The position numbers and the translations under genes were made by a program. The notes below the pieces were generated by a model, which had not been told where the DNA came from, did no database searches, and saw only the letters and a list, made by a program, of their open reading frames with translations. From an uncultured Thermoplasmata archaeon (lineage in GTDB: Archaea; Thermoplasmatota; Thermoplasmata; Thermoplasmatales; Aciduliprofundaceae), in NCBI GenBank assembly GCA_964630095.1, contig CAZVSZ010000001.1, positions 2,982-26,981 of the forward strand: 24,000 nt of DNA, written 5' to 3'. This document shows positions 10,754 to 19,757 of this stretch, in pieces. How positions within the stretch are numbered: position 1 is the first letter of the stretch; each line of letters opens with the position of its first letter.

Positions 10754-11368
10754 TTAGTAGAGATCAACATATGTGGTTGTCAGTGTGGATGGTACCATAA
10801 ACTCCGTATAGGTTGGCACTCCATGCTTAGGTATGAGATCTAAACTCACATCTGTTTGCGGTCCAAGATTCAGTCCTGCTGTGGTGGCATTTATGAATAT
10901 CTTCACCACATCTCCAGAACTCATCACATGGTCAGTGGCCCAGTTTGAGGGAGCCATATCTCTCAAAAGGGTAGCACCAAACTCTGTTGCTCCAAGCTGG
11001 GATGCACTTGTTGCACTAGAATTGAAACTAAGTGTCACATCTGTGGTTCCATCCGTTATTTCAATGAGAACATTGTCCATATCTATTGCGGGGCTCCCAG
11101 CCACGATTCCCACTTTCATCTCTATTACCTGTATCACTGGAGTTGCGTTGGGAACATTCGTCAGGCCTCCAATATGCAATACCTTGAACCCTGTTGAGAC
11201 ATCTGCAATTGCCTCATTTCCAGTTTTCTCTGCCTGCTGCTGCAGCTGGTACGCTGTCTGTATCAGCACGGTTGCGGCAACGGCAGCCACGATAACCATG
11301 GCTATGAAGATTATCAGGGTGCCGATGCCGAACTCGCCTTTTTCCTTCTTATTCCATACCTTCTTCAT
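10754..11368 (-). CDS. flaB: archaellin (FlaB/ArlB), canonical size
   Basis: 204 aa. [46 protein letters not shown] class III signal and helix, then the archaellin beta core ([22 protein letters not shown]..., [21 protein letters not shown]). GGTGAT Shine-Dalgarno lies 5 nt before the ATG. Confidence 0.92.
   Translation of the reverse strand: MKKVWNKKEKGEFGIGTLIIFIAMVIVAAVAATVLIQTAYQLQQQAEKTGNEAIADVSTGFKVLHIGGLTNVPNATPVIQVIEMKVGIVAGSPAIDMDNVLIEITDGTTDVTLSFNSSATSASQLGATEFGATLLRDMAPSNWATDHVMSSGDVVKIFINATTAGLNLGPQTDVSLDLIPKHGVPTYTEFMVPSTLTTTYVDLY
11230..11347 (-). repeat. 118-nt segment 94% identical to 9406-9523
   Basis: Same manual alignment as for 9406-9523. Direct orientation, ~1.8 kb apart, flanking the flaC/D/E gene. 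Confidence 0.85.
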
Positions 11369-11393
11369 TTTTCATCACCTCAGGTCTCTCTTG

Positions 11394-11412
11394 GAGAGCC
11401 ATTGTGGCTCTC
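11394..11412 (-). promoter_or_regulatory. 8-bp/3-nt-loop hairpin or palindromic operator GAGAGCCA-N3-TGGCTCTC in the archaellin-204 leader
   Basis: Read directly (plus strand gagagccattgtggctctc). It lies between the TATA candidate and the SD/ATG. A near-identical element occurs at 21510-21530. Confidence 0.6.
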
Positions 11413-11468
11413 AAAATAAGTTAGATAACTGGGGTTTAAAAATATTTAGTTTCAATTCTATATAAATG

Positions 11469-11476
11469 ATTAAAAT
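11469..11476 (-). promoter_or_regulatory. candidate TATA box (TTTATATA) for the archaellin-204 gene
   Basis: The minus strand reads ATCATTTATATAGAA ~100 nt upstream of the ATG at 11368. A second A/T box (TTTTTAAA, ~11445-11452) is also possible. Either one places the hairpin within the leader. Confidence 0.35.
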
Positions 11477-11509
11477 TTTTGATTTTAGAATTTGATAATC
11501 ACATGGGAA

Positions 11510-14380
11510 TCATTTACGGTAGTAAAGATATGCAATTATTGCAACTACAGCGATAACTCCAATAACTATGTAAAGGATATTGTCCATCACAATGTTCCAA
11601 ATAGTATCCCATACACTCTTTTTAATTTCGCCAACTCTAAATTTCAAAGTTATATTTTTATTTAAATTGAATTTTGAGAAAAACATCAAGGTCAGAGAAT
11701 AAACTCCATTTCTCAGTTTATTTTTGAGCTCCATTCTTACGGTTACATTTTCTCCCGGATTTAAAATGACCACTGTCTGATTTGTGTAATTTTTACCATT
11801 GTAAGTGAATATCCAGGTGGAATTTTTTATTTGAGAAAAATGAGGTATCACAGTTATTGCATCTAAAACATTTCCAGTATTTTTAATTTGAACATCAAAG
11901 AGCACCTTCTCTTCTCCCGATATTCTTTTTACTGTCACTTGGTAATTTGGTGATGGCTTAACATCTATATTTATCGGGAGCGTGGTAAGGGTAGTATTGC
12001 CCCTAAGCACATGGAAAATTAAAGGATATGTCCCCGCCGTAATATTTAGTGGCAGGAGAAGATCAATTTCCACAGTGATATTCTCCCCTGATTTAACAAC
12101 ACCGGAAGATGGAGATATGATGGAATAATGTAGCAATGGACCAGAGACATTGAAATTATAGAAATCCATAATGTTTCCTGTATTCACAACATTTATGATA
12201 GCGGTATATTTTCCCTCACTTCCATTAAGATATGTTACTGTGGCAATGGCAGAGTGGTGAGGAGCGACCATTAGTAAAATTGAGATATTTTTTGATACAT
12301 TGCCTAACCGGGGACTAAGATGCAAATAAATAATATCCTTTGTATAAGCGGCAGTTGAATTGGGGATATATACTGTGAAATTCATATTACGCTGGGTATT
12401 TGCAGGAACTGAGACAACATCATTGTAGTTTATCAGCCAAGTTTTCGTTTCTATTATTTTTACAAGATATGTATCATTGCAATTACCTAAATTTGAAATT
12501 GTGAAATTTATAGATGCTGCTCTATTCGGGAGTGAATACACAATTGGATTATAATAAACTTGAAAATTTACAACTCTCTCCACAACTACAGTTACATTAT
12601 TCACATAATTTTTTCCAGAGGAGGAATTAACCATAAGAGTTATGTTGTAATGCCCAAAAGATAAATTCTCATACGCGTAAATTGTAATGTTGAATGTGAT
12701 TTCCTTCTGCGGTGGCAGATTTTTTATGAGAGTCTGGGGTGAAATGATAAAAAGATTCGGAGAGTAATTGAAGTGAAGGTAATATGTATCATTCCAGTTC
12801 CCATCATTAACAATACTTACACTTAAATTAGTATAATTTCCCGGACTAATTTCACATTTATTAGGGACATATACCTGAAAACTGTATTCCCTAACGAAAA
12901 CATATTCCTCTGCATAATTATTGTATTCATTGGCTTCAAACACACTATTCTGTGGATCCAGAATAAATTTAATATAATGATACCCCCCTCCCATCCTCAA
13001 GCTGAAATTGAGAATCTCCTGCGATGATAGCGATATATTTCCCTGAATAACTGTTGAGTTATCAATCATAAGGATGTAATCCACCTCCCTGCCAATATCC
13101 CAAGTGATGCCCATATTTACCGATATATTCACCGTGTTATTATTCACACTATCTATTTTTAAATATTTTACATAGAGGTCCGGAAACTTTGCAAATTTTG
13201 AGAAAATATAGGTTCCATTATCGTATTTTTCAGACCATATCACCACTAAGGAGTTGGAGTTTACTGCAATCTCCGGTTTCTCAGAACTGTTTTCGTTGAG
13301 AACTAATATTCTGTCAATTTTAACTCCAGTGCCATTATACATACCTGATTTTATTGAACCACTGGGAATGTCGTTCCATACCACAAACAACCTTCCATTT
13401 TTTTCAATAGCATTGGGAGTGATTGAGTTCACACCATCCGGAAAAGTCAGATTTCTATCATCTACAAGCGTAATTCCAGTTGTATTAAGAGAGGTGAATA
13501 TGGGTTCATAACTTTCATTTTCTCGTGAACAGGAAAATACAACATATATCCTATTATCTCCATAATCAACACTGAGCGTGCTCTTGGGAGATACAACACT
13601 AATTCTTCTTATGGGCGTAATAAAATATCCGCAACAATCAAGGCCTTTGTACATTATACTGTATCCAGGAGTGGGGGTATCATCAATCCACAGAATATGA
13701 ACATGGTTGTAATTATCAACTACAAGTTTTGGCTGGGTGGAATTGTAATGGGAGTTAGAAACCATTATTGGGGAAAAAACAGAATTGCCGTTCTGGTCAA
13801 TTTTATCGTACATAACTACCCAGTGATCATTGATAAATTCCTGCCATGCAAGATGAAGAAATCCCTGTGAATCCATACCAAAAGAGGGATTGGTACAATT
13901 ATCTCCATTATCCCGTACTGATTTCGGTGGAATTTCTATTGAAATATTTTCATTGCTGTAAAGCAAACGGGAGAAAAATATTGTCCAGTGAGTATTTAGA
14001 AATCTCTGCCATACTATAAATATTCTGGATCCACTCACTTCAATCCGTGGATTTATATCATCCCCGGAGTAGTATGTGATTCGGGAATCGTTTAGCAATT
14101 TGAAGCCCTCCTCTGTGAGCTTGGTATAATATATTTCCCAGTTACCATTTCTATAATCCTGCCACACAACATCATATGTGTTGTTTTCTCCACTTTTTAC
14201 CACGGGATTTGTGGAGTTGCCAAGCCATGTTATTCTCTTTGTGGATGACCACAAAAAGCTATCTTCAACTGCATTTTTCCCCTGAACACTATGCTCTTGC
14301 ATGTAATTTATATGGGGGTAAACTGGAAATGTTGTTATCAGTAAGGCAAGGATTATAACGCCCGCTAATACTACTCTCAT
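11510..14380 (-). CDS. large secreted, C-terminally membrane-anchored, sequon-rich surface protein (beta-propeller-like repeats, CARDB-like domain, several Ig-like repeats)
   Basis: The track ORF starts at 14479 and would overlap the upstream wHTH gene. The ATG at 14380 gives a signal-peptide-like MRVVLAGVIILALLITTFPVYP. Six W-x-D/E...W-x-I/V-aromatic repeats are present (VVWQDYRNGNWEIYYTKL, IVWQRFLNTHWTIFFSRL, LAWQEFINDHWVVMYDKI, ILWIDDTPTPGYSIMYKGL, VVWNDIPSGSIKSGMY, VIWSEKYDNGTYIFSKF). A CARDB-like end motif FEANEYNNYAEEYVFV follows. Then come ~5 repeats of the pattern ISPG..L.V.I.N.GN..DTY...F.V.I.P. The C-terminal TM is NILYIVIGVIAVVAIIAYLYYRK. I count ~42 N-x-S/T sequons by hand. Confidence 0.7.
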   Translation of the reverse strand: MRVVLAGVIILALLITTFPVYPHINYMQEHSVQGKNAVEDSFLWSSTKRITWLGNSTNPVVKSGENNTYDVVWQDYRNGNWEIYYTKLTEEGFKLLNDSRITYYSGDDINPRIEVSGSRIFIVWQRFLNTHWTIFFSRLLYSNENISIEIPPKSVRDNGDNCTNPSFGMDSQGFLHLAWQEFINDHWVVMYDKIDQNGNSVFSPIMVSNSHYNSTQPKLVVDNYNHVHILWIDDTPTPGYSIMYKGLDCCGYFITPIRRISVVSPKSTLSVDYGDNRIYVVFSCSRENESYEPIFTSLNTTGITLVDDRNLTFPDGVNSITPNAIEKNGRLFVVWNDIPSGSIKSGMYNGTGVKIDRILVLNENSSEKPEIAVNSNSLVVIWSEKYDNGTYIFSKFAKFPDLYVKYLKIDSVNNNTVNISVNMGITWDIGREVDYILMIDNSTVIQGNISLSSQEILNFSLRMGGGYHYIKFILDPQNSVFEANEYNNYAEEYVFVREYSFQVYVPNKCEISPGNYTNLSVSIVNDGNWNDTYYLHFNYSPNLFIISPQTLIKNLPPQKEITFNITIYAYENLSFGHYNITLMVNSSSGKNYVNNVTVVVERVVNFQVYYNPIVYSLPNRAASINFTISNLGNCNDTYLVKIIETKTWLINYNDVVSVPANTQRNMNFTVYIPNSTAAYTKDIIYLHLSPRLGNVSKNISILLMVAPHHSAIATVTYLNGSEGKYTAIINVVNTGNIMDFYNFNVSGPLLHYSIISPSSGVVKSGENITVEIDLLLPLNITAGTYPLIFHVLRGNTTLTTLPINIDVKPSPNYQVTVKRISGEEKVLFDVQIKNTGNVLDAITVIPHFSQIKNSTWIFTYNGKNYTNQTVVILNPGENVTVRMELKNKLRNGVYSLTLMFFSKFNLNKNITLKFRVGEIKKSVWDTIWNIVMDNILYIVIGVIAVVAIIAYLYYRK

Positions 14381-14438
14381 AATTTTTCCTGTTTTTTCAC
14401 TTCTATTTATTACTTTTTTTGTGATTATCAAAGGAGAA

Positions 14439-14756
14439 TTACAGAATTGTGGATTTCTTTTCAAGGGTATCATCCCCATTTTTCAGTATCACATGCATGG
14501 TATTTTCTTCAAAATTGAGTATTGCCCTGAAGTTTTCCATGTTAGATATGTACTTAACTCTCTTACCCTCCTTTTCCTCAGATAATAGTCCCTTTCCCAC
14601 AAGTGACTTCACGCGTCGGTAACACATAGTAACCGGTATATTGTATTCTCTGCTGAGTTCCCTTATTCCCTTCGGCTTTTCAGATGTTCCCATCAGGATT
14701 TGAAGCGTATATCTTTCCATTATTATTGACATCACTTCCTTTGCATTCATTTCCAT
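14439..14756 (-). CDS. small winged-helix (wHTH) transcriptional regulator, paralogue A
   Basis: The track start is a TTG at 14798. I prefer the ATG at 14756 (MEMNAKEV...), ~25-30 nt downstream of a TTTATAATTAAATA A/T box. The HTH core YTLQILMGTSEKPKGIRELSREYNIPVTMCYRRVKSLVGKGLL, a wing and a beta tail align with the divergent neighbour at 14919-15278. Confidence 0.7.
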   Translation of the reverse strand: MEMNAKEVMSIIMERYTLQILMGTSEKPKGIRELSREYNIPVTMCYRRVKSLVGKGLLSEEKEGKRVKYISNMENFRAILNFEENTMHVILKNGDDTLEKKSTIL

Positions 14757-14918
14757 AAGTTGGAATTGACAGCAAGGATTATTAAATTTTCGTAACAAAT
14801 TTATAATTAAATATTGATTAATTACTATCAGGGCTCAGAATCACCCAATATTACCTTGTGAGAATATATCAAATAATTATCTGTATGGAAAATGAGGACG
14901 AAAATTATTTAAGTTAAA

Positions 14919-15278
14919 ATGCCCATAAATACCACGGGGATTCAAATGGATAAAAATGCATTGGGTCTGGTATTGATGGACGATTACAATCTAAAAATCC
15001 TCGCAGCCACAGCATTGAGACCAATGAGTGTTAGAGAATTAGCCTATAAATTTGATATTCCACTGGCGAGTGCTTACAGAAAAATAAAAGAACTGGAAAG
15101 TATGGAATTAATAAAAGTGGAAGATACAAGATTGACACCGGATGGCAAGAGATACAAACTTTACAGGTCACAGGTTGAAAACTTTGAAGTTACATATCAT
15201 AGAGACAAACTGAAAATAAAATTGCACATAAAGTGGAAGGAACCTGAGATCATTGAAAAGAATATCCTCACCATATAA
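14919..15278 (+). CDS. small winged-helix (wHTH) transcriptional regulator, paralogue B
   Basis: YNLKILAATALRPMSVRELAYKFDIPLASAYRKIKELESMELI...DGKRYKLY is an ArsR/TrmB-like wHTH, collinear with paralogue A. An alternative start at 14946 (MDKNAL) is possible, ~30 nt after TTATTTAA. Confidence 0.7.
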   Translation: MPINTTGIQMDKNALGLVLMDDYNLKILAATALRPMSVRELAYKFDIPLASAYRKIKELESMELIKVEDTRLTPDGKRYKLYRSQVENFEVTYHRDKLKIKLHIKWKEPEIIEKNILTI

Positions 15279-15302
15279 ATTTTTATAATCCCCTGCATGT
15301 TT

Positions 15303-16967
15303 TTAGAAAGCAAGCACCTTTCCAATGAGCCAGTTTGTTATATAGGAGGTGACTATTCCAATCCATACAAGCATTGAAAAATGCAAATAAATACTGTGTT
15401 TATGAGAACCGCTGACAATTTTTATCATCATTGAGGAGATTATTGCGTGTATAACTATTAAACTCAAAAACACAACATTTGCCGTTTGAATCGGAAATTT
15501 CGCCGCAAGTAATGGTATTTTTATATACTGCTGGAGATTCACAGGGTAGTACTTAATCATATGGGCCATCATTTTCATAAGATTCAGGGTTGTGTAAAGA
15601 GCAAATGCCATGCCCACCATAAGACCATAAAGTATGCCAGTTAGATTTGTTGCTGATTGATATCTCTTCTTCCTCAATCCCATCATTCTTATATATGCAT
15701 CACTTATTATTTTTGAAATTTTCCTTGGATTCCCACCCATCTCTATACCAGTGACGAACATATCTGTGAACTTGGAAATTAGATTGCTCCCTGTTTCGCC
15801 TGCAAAGAAATGCCATGCCTTCTTCTTATCTATTCTTGTAAGCAATCTTTTGTATAGACGATCAATATACTCTGTGAGTTTACCAAAATCATGTTTTCTC
15901 AATCTTTCCATGGCAGTCACATCACTTCCCTTTGCTTCAATATAACTGCCTACCGCCCTAATAAAAGCATCGTAGTTTCTATCACAGTTTATTAAATTAT
16001 TCTCGGCCGTATGTATTATATATCCTGGATAAAACAATGGAAGTATGGAGAGGGCAATCACTATCCCCAGATCAAGCCCAAGTGAGTAGACGACTATGAA
16101 AATAAGAAAAACGGATAAATACACAAATGGAAGACCCTTTAAAAGTTTGATTTCGTAGGGAGATCTCACATCCTTTCTGTTATGCCATATTTCATCCTCA
16201 GGTAACTTAACTTTTATGGCATAGACCATTATACCCTCCACAAAAAGAAATGCCAAGAGGGTTAGATAAAGAAATATTCTGGTATCTGTGGCTACAAACA
16301 TTGGGAGAATGGCAGCAAACACCGCAAAGAACAGCATGGAGATTATCATCGCCACAAATGTTTCCTTGTATACATCCATCTGTGATAATGAGGATTCATA
16401 TTTTATGGCATATGTCTCCACCACCACAGTTCTCTCCTTATCAAGAAATACCTCAAAATCCTCCCCTGCATCTGCACTATGTGCCAATCTATCCAGAAAA
16501 TCTGCAAGTTCAATGCTTGGAGAACGCTTGGCCACAATTCTAACTGCATCTGGTAAACTCATATTCCAGTATTCCATTAAATTGTATATCTTTTCAATTT
16601 CTTCACTCAATGCACCGTATTCCTTCACCTCAGACAGTATTCTAAATATTTCCTTTCTGGGAAGATGTGTGGATGCCAAGACAGCCATTCTCGTAATAAA
16701 AAGATGCATATATTTTTCAATCTCTATTTTTCTTCTTTCACCCCTCACCAATGGGAAAAGTAGTAAGAATAATATTCCAAATAGAGGTATCATATAAAGA
16801 ACAATATTCCACGGGAACTCTGACATGGATGGAAATACCGAGATGAGATAGTATGTGAGAATAATACTGAGAGTTATAACAGGTATCACATAGAAAAGGA
16901 TATACTTTCTCCAAGGAATATCAAACGAATGGTAAAGTCTCACTATTTTTTCTCTCATTGTAGCCAT
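15303..16967 (-). CDS. flaJ: archaellum membrane platform protein FlaJ (ArlJ), T2SS-F-like
   Basis: 554-aa polytopic membrane protein with two cytoplasmic helical domains separated by TM blocks. It starts 6 nt downstream of flaI, as in canonical fla operons. Confidence 0.88.
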   Translation of the reverse strand: MATMREKIVRLYHSFDIPWRKYILFYVIPVITLSIILTYYLISVFPSMSEFPWNIVLYMIPLFGILFLLLFPLVRGERRKIEIEKYMHLFITRMAVLASTHLPRKEIFRILSEVKEYGALSEEIEKIYNLMEYWNMSLPDAVRIVAKRSPSIELADFLDRLAHSADAGEDFEVFLDKERTVVVETYAIKYESSLSQMDVYKETFVAMIISMLFFAVFAAILPMFVATDTRIFLYLTLLAFLFVEGIMVYAIKVKLPEDEIWHNRKDVRSPYEIKLLKGLPFVYLSVFLIFIVVYSLGLDLGIVIALSILPLFYPGYIIHTAENNLINCDRNYDAFIRAVGSYIEAKGSDVTAMERLRKHDFGKLTEYIDRLYKRLLTRIDKKKAWHFFAGETGSNLISKFTDMFVTGIEMGGNPRKISKIISDAYIRMMGLRKKRYQSATNLTGILYGLMVGMAFALYTTLNLMKMMAHMIKYYPVNLQQYIKIPLLAAKFPIQTANVVFLSLIVIHAIISSMMIKIVSGSHKHSIYLHFSMLVWIGIVTSYITNWLIGKVLAF

Positions 16968-16973
16968 GGGGCA

Positions 16974-18611
16974 TCACACCGTAAATGGCAATTTCTCCAC
17001 TCCAAATTTCTGAAAATCCTGTATGATTTTAACCACATCCCTATATCGGAAGATATTGTGCTCTATCATTTTCCTTATAATCTTCGCCCTGAGAAACAGG
17101 TCATTGTACACTTTTCTTGGATCCGCATATCCTAAAAGTGGTGCTATTTTTTCCTCAAGAATGTAGGAGTTGTTGAGACCTCTGAAAATATGCTCATCTC
17201 TGAGGGGATCCCACACAAATACCGCCTTTGTCATAACACCACCGAGTTCCTCTGAATATCCTATTATTTCCTCAACAGAAAGAACCCTTCTCAAGCTCTT
17301 TCCCTTGAGATACACTGCTTGCTGAAATACGCCAATATTCAAATTATCCATGAAGGTAACGGGCACATTTATTGGAGGTGAACTCAATCTCTGAATCATC
17401 CTTTTTATAGAGGATGCATGGAATGTGGACATAACAGGGTGACCTGTCTGCATTGCCTGAAATGCCACATTCCCCTCTGCACCTCTTATCTCGCCAACAA
17501 TTATATAATTTGGTCTTGACCTCAACGCTGCCTTTAAAAGATCAAACATTTCAACTCTTGATTCTTTGGGACCTGATTCACGGGTAAGCAACCTCTGCCA
17601 TATCTCGTGGGGGACATGTACCTCGGGCGTGTCTTCTGCTGTGAAGACCTTGTAATTGTATCTTATGAAGGGAATTATTGAATTTAATGTTGTGGTTTTT
17701 CCACTTGCAGTTTCTCCAGCCACAAATATGCTCTTCCCATACTCTATGGTCATCCATAAGTATGCGGCAATTTCGGGCGAGAAAGTACCCCACTTCACCA
17801 GCTGTGTTACGCTGAGAGGCTCTGCAGCAAATTTTCTTATTGTAAATGACCCTCCTCTGATACTCACATCATCCGCATATATGATATTTATTCTTGAACC
17901 ATCGGGAAGTGCGCCATCCACAATAGGTCTTCCAGTGCTAACCGGTCTTCCCATTCTTTCGCTCATACCTCTGAGATACGAATCCAGTTCATCATAACTT
18001 CTGAACTGAACATTGGTTTCCAGCGTCTCAAATACTTTGTGAATTAAATGAATAGGATCAATACCTATGGTGTGGATATCCTCTATGTAAGGATCTCTGA
18101 GAAGAGGTTCCAGAGGACCACTCTCAATAATGTCTCTCTTTAAATAATACTCAATCTTATCATATTCCTCCGTTGTAACGGGCACTTTTACTTCCTTAAA
18201 AAGGGAAAAGAACGATTTTTCCTCTTCAAATGGCACAAATTCATCAGTAATCACCGTTGATTTTTTAAGCAATCTCTCTATCTGTCTCTCAAACTCTTCC
18301 TTTGTCTTGTGAGGGGGTTCATATCCTGCCTTTATGAAAATCAATTCCCTTATTTTTAGGTATTTCTTCAGTTCTTCATCGTTAAGCTGGGGCTGTATCA
18401 CAACATACTTTCTCTGAGCCATTCTGCCATATATATGGATGAATATGGGGTCACCAACAGGATATATAAGATTAACCCATTCCAGATCCCTCATATCTCT
18501 TGAAAGTTGTTCGTAAAACTCAGGCTTTTCCTTTAATTCTTTCTTGACTTTTTCAATATAGACCCCAAGATGAGGATTTCTTTTTATTGCAATATCCATT
18601 TTCATTGCCAT
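16974..18611 (-). CDS. flaI: archaellum assembly/motor ATPase FlaI (ArlI)
   Basis: 545 aa. Walker A GETASGKTT, Walker B/Asp box NYIIVGEIRGAE and His box GHPVMSTFHA are typical of the secretion ATPase superfamily (T2SS-E/VirB11-like). The N-terminal domain and gene context are FlaI-specific. Confidence 0.95.
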   Translation of the reverse strand: MAMKMDIAIKRNPHLGVYIEKVKKELKEKPEFYEQLSRDMRDLEWVNLIYPVGDPIFIHIYGRMAQRKYVVIQPQLNDEELKKYLKIRELIFIKAGYEPPHKTKEEFERQIERLLKKSTVITDEFVPFEEEKSFFSLFKEVKVPVTTEEYDKIEYYLKRDIIESGPLEPLLRDPYIEDIHTIGIDPIHLIHKVFETLETNVQFRSYDELDSYLRGMSERMGRPVSTGRPIVDGALPDGSRINIIYADDVSIRGGSFTIRKFAAEPLSVTQLVKWGTFSPEIAAYLWMTIEYGKSIFVAGETASGKTTTLNSIIPFIRYNYKVFTAEDTPEVHVPHEIWQRLLTRESGPKESRVEMFDLLKAALRSRPNYIIVGEIRGAEGNVAFQAMQTGHPVMSTFHASSIKRMIQRLSSPPINVPVTFMDNLNIGVFQQAVYLKGKSLRRVLSVEEIIGYSEELGGVMTKAVFVWDPLRDEHIFRGLNNSYILEEKIAPLLGYADPRKVYNDLFLRAKIIRKMIEHNIFRYRDVVKIIQDFQKFGVEKLPFTV

Positions 18612-18623
18612 AGCACCTCACCC

Positions 18624-19313
18624 CTACGAGATTGCCATTATCTCCAGAATTATTCCTGTTCCAGATTCAACCCTAAACACTATGGAATTCTCAACCCTTG
18701 CAGGAGCATTGGAGTATCTTTTTATGAATGCTACACGATTTACCATTCCACCAATTCTGTTTATTTTCGTCTCCATATAAACATGTGCTGCCGCCTTGAA
18801 AGGAGCCATCACTTCTTCTGGGATTGCATTTTTTTCCAATGTGAGTATTATTGTTCTTTCAAGTGCCAGAAGTCTTTTAAAAAAGGAGAGAAGTTGAACA
18901 GATCTTTCCTCCACCTTTAAACTTGCCTTTACCAGTGAGGATAATGTATCAATAATTATCACATCAGTTCTAAACAGAGATGGAGAGGTGATAAGTTTCC
19001 CCAAGAAATCCTTTCTGTTTCCCATTCTTCCTATGATTGGGTACACAGGCACAAAAACCAGCCTGTTTCTAAGAAGAAAGCTTGCTATGGGATAATTCAG
19101 AGAGTACATCTGATTTATAAAATCTCTCACCGTCAACTCTGTGGAGATTATGGTAACTGTATGACCATTGAGAAGTAATCCATATGCAAATCTCTGCACC
19201 AATGCGCTTTTTCCGCTTCCATTTTCACCTTCCAAAATCACAAGGGAACCATGAGGAAAACCCCCCGCCAATTTTGAATGAAGTTCATCCCTTTCTATTT
19301 TTATTCTGTACAT
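18624..19313 (-). CDS. flaH: archaellum RecA/KaiC-like ATP-binding protein FlaH (ArlH)
   Basis: 229 aa. LAGGFPHGSLVILEGENGSGKS Walker A and VIIIDTLS Walker B-like motifs. It lies between flaG and flaI. Confidence 0.85.
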   Translation of the reverse strand: MYRIKIERDELHSKLAGGFPHGSLVILEGENGSGKSALVQRFAYGLLLNGHTVTIISTELTVRDFINQMYSLNYPIASFLLRNRLVFVPVYPIIGRMGNRKDFLGKLITSPSLFRTDVIIIDTLSSLVKASLKVEERSVQLLSFFKRLLALERTIILTLEKNAIPEEVMAPFKAAAHVYMETKINRIGGMVNRVAFIKRYSNAPARVENSIVFRVESGTGIILEIMAIS

Positions 19314-19314
19314 T

Positions 19315-19746
19315 TTAACTCACCGTGAAATTGAAATTCTGCGATAAACCATCTTCAAGAACAACCTTCACCACATGAGTTCCAGAGGCAAGGTCAATGT
19401 CCACAACGAGAGTTATTGTGACTCCCGGATTCCATGTAATATTCGTCCCGTCTACAACGGTGAAATTTGCCGATATACCATCAACGAGAACTGTTATGTG
19501 CTGCACGCTCAATGCTATTTTACCCGTGTTTTTCAGATAGAGAATTACAGGATTATTAGTCATCCTCTCTGGGTCATTTATTATTTTGAAATCCTCCGAT
19601 AATTGCTTGGATATTATATCTCCCCTATCCTCAATTCCATTGGATATGTTCATTATTGCCACCACAGCCACTCCAACAAAGCTCGCCGCAATTATTATGG
19701 ACGCAATAAAGAATATTATATGGGTTGCACTTGTGCTCATACCCAT
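19315..19746 (-). CDS. flaG: archaellum stator-complex protein FlaG (ArlG)
   Basis: 143 aa. N-terminal archaellin-like TM helix MGMSTSATHIIFFIASIIIAASFVGVAVV, then a beta-sandwich-like domain (PVILYLKNTGKIALSVQHITVLVDG). Position between flaF and flaH, 1-nt gap to flaH. Confidence 0.7.
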   Translation of the reverse strand: MGMSTSATHIIFFIASIIIAASFVGVAVVAIMNISNGIEDRGDIISKQLSEDFKIINDPERMTNNPVILYLKNTGKIALSVQHITVLVDGISANFTVVDGTNITWNPGVTITLVVDIDLASGTHVVKVVLEDGLSQNFNFTVS

Positions 19747-19757
19747 TTCACATCACC

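Noticed and set aside
10833-11465. 210-aa plus-strand ORF antisense to archaellin-204 (similarly 16288-16797, 20749-21288, 4073-4570, 1393-1782 and the other overlapping track ORFs)
   Set aside because: Each fully overlaps a strongly supported gene on the opposite strand or in another frame. They have Ser/Cys/Phe-rich unnatural composition and no motifs. They are shadow ORFs.
14381-14479. N-terminal 33-aa extension of the 989-aa ORF (start at 14479)
   Set aside because: It would overlap the 3' end of the upstream wHTH gene by 41 nt, and its sequence is not signal-peptide-like. The internal ATG at 14380 gives a proper signal peptide and has an AGGAAAA purine tract upstream.
14757-14918. AATTAA-N6-TTAATT inverted repeat in the wHTH divergent promoter region
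   Set aside because: It is very AT-rich and low-complexity, so it is expected by chance in a divergent promoter region with two TATA boxes. I do not count it as a specific operator.
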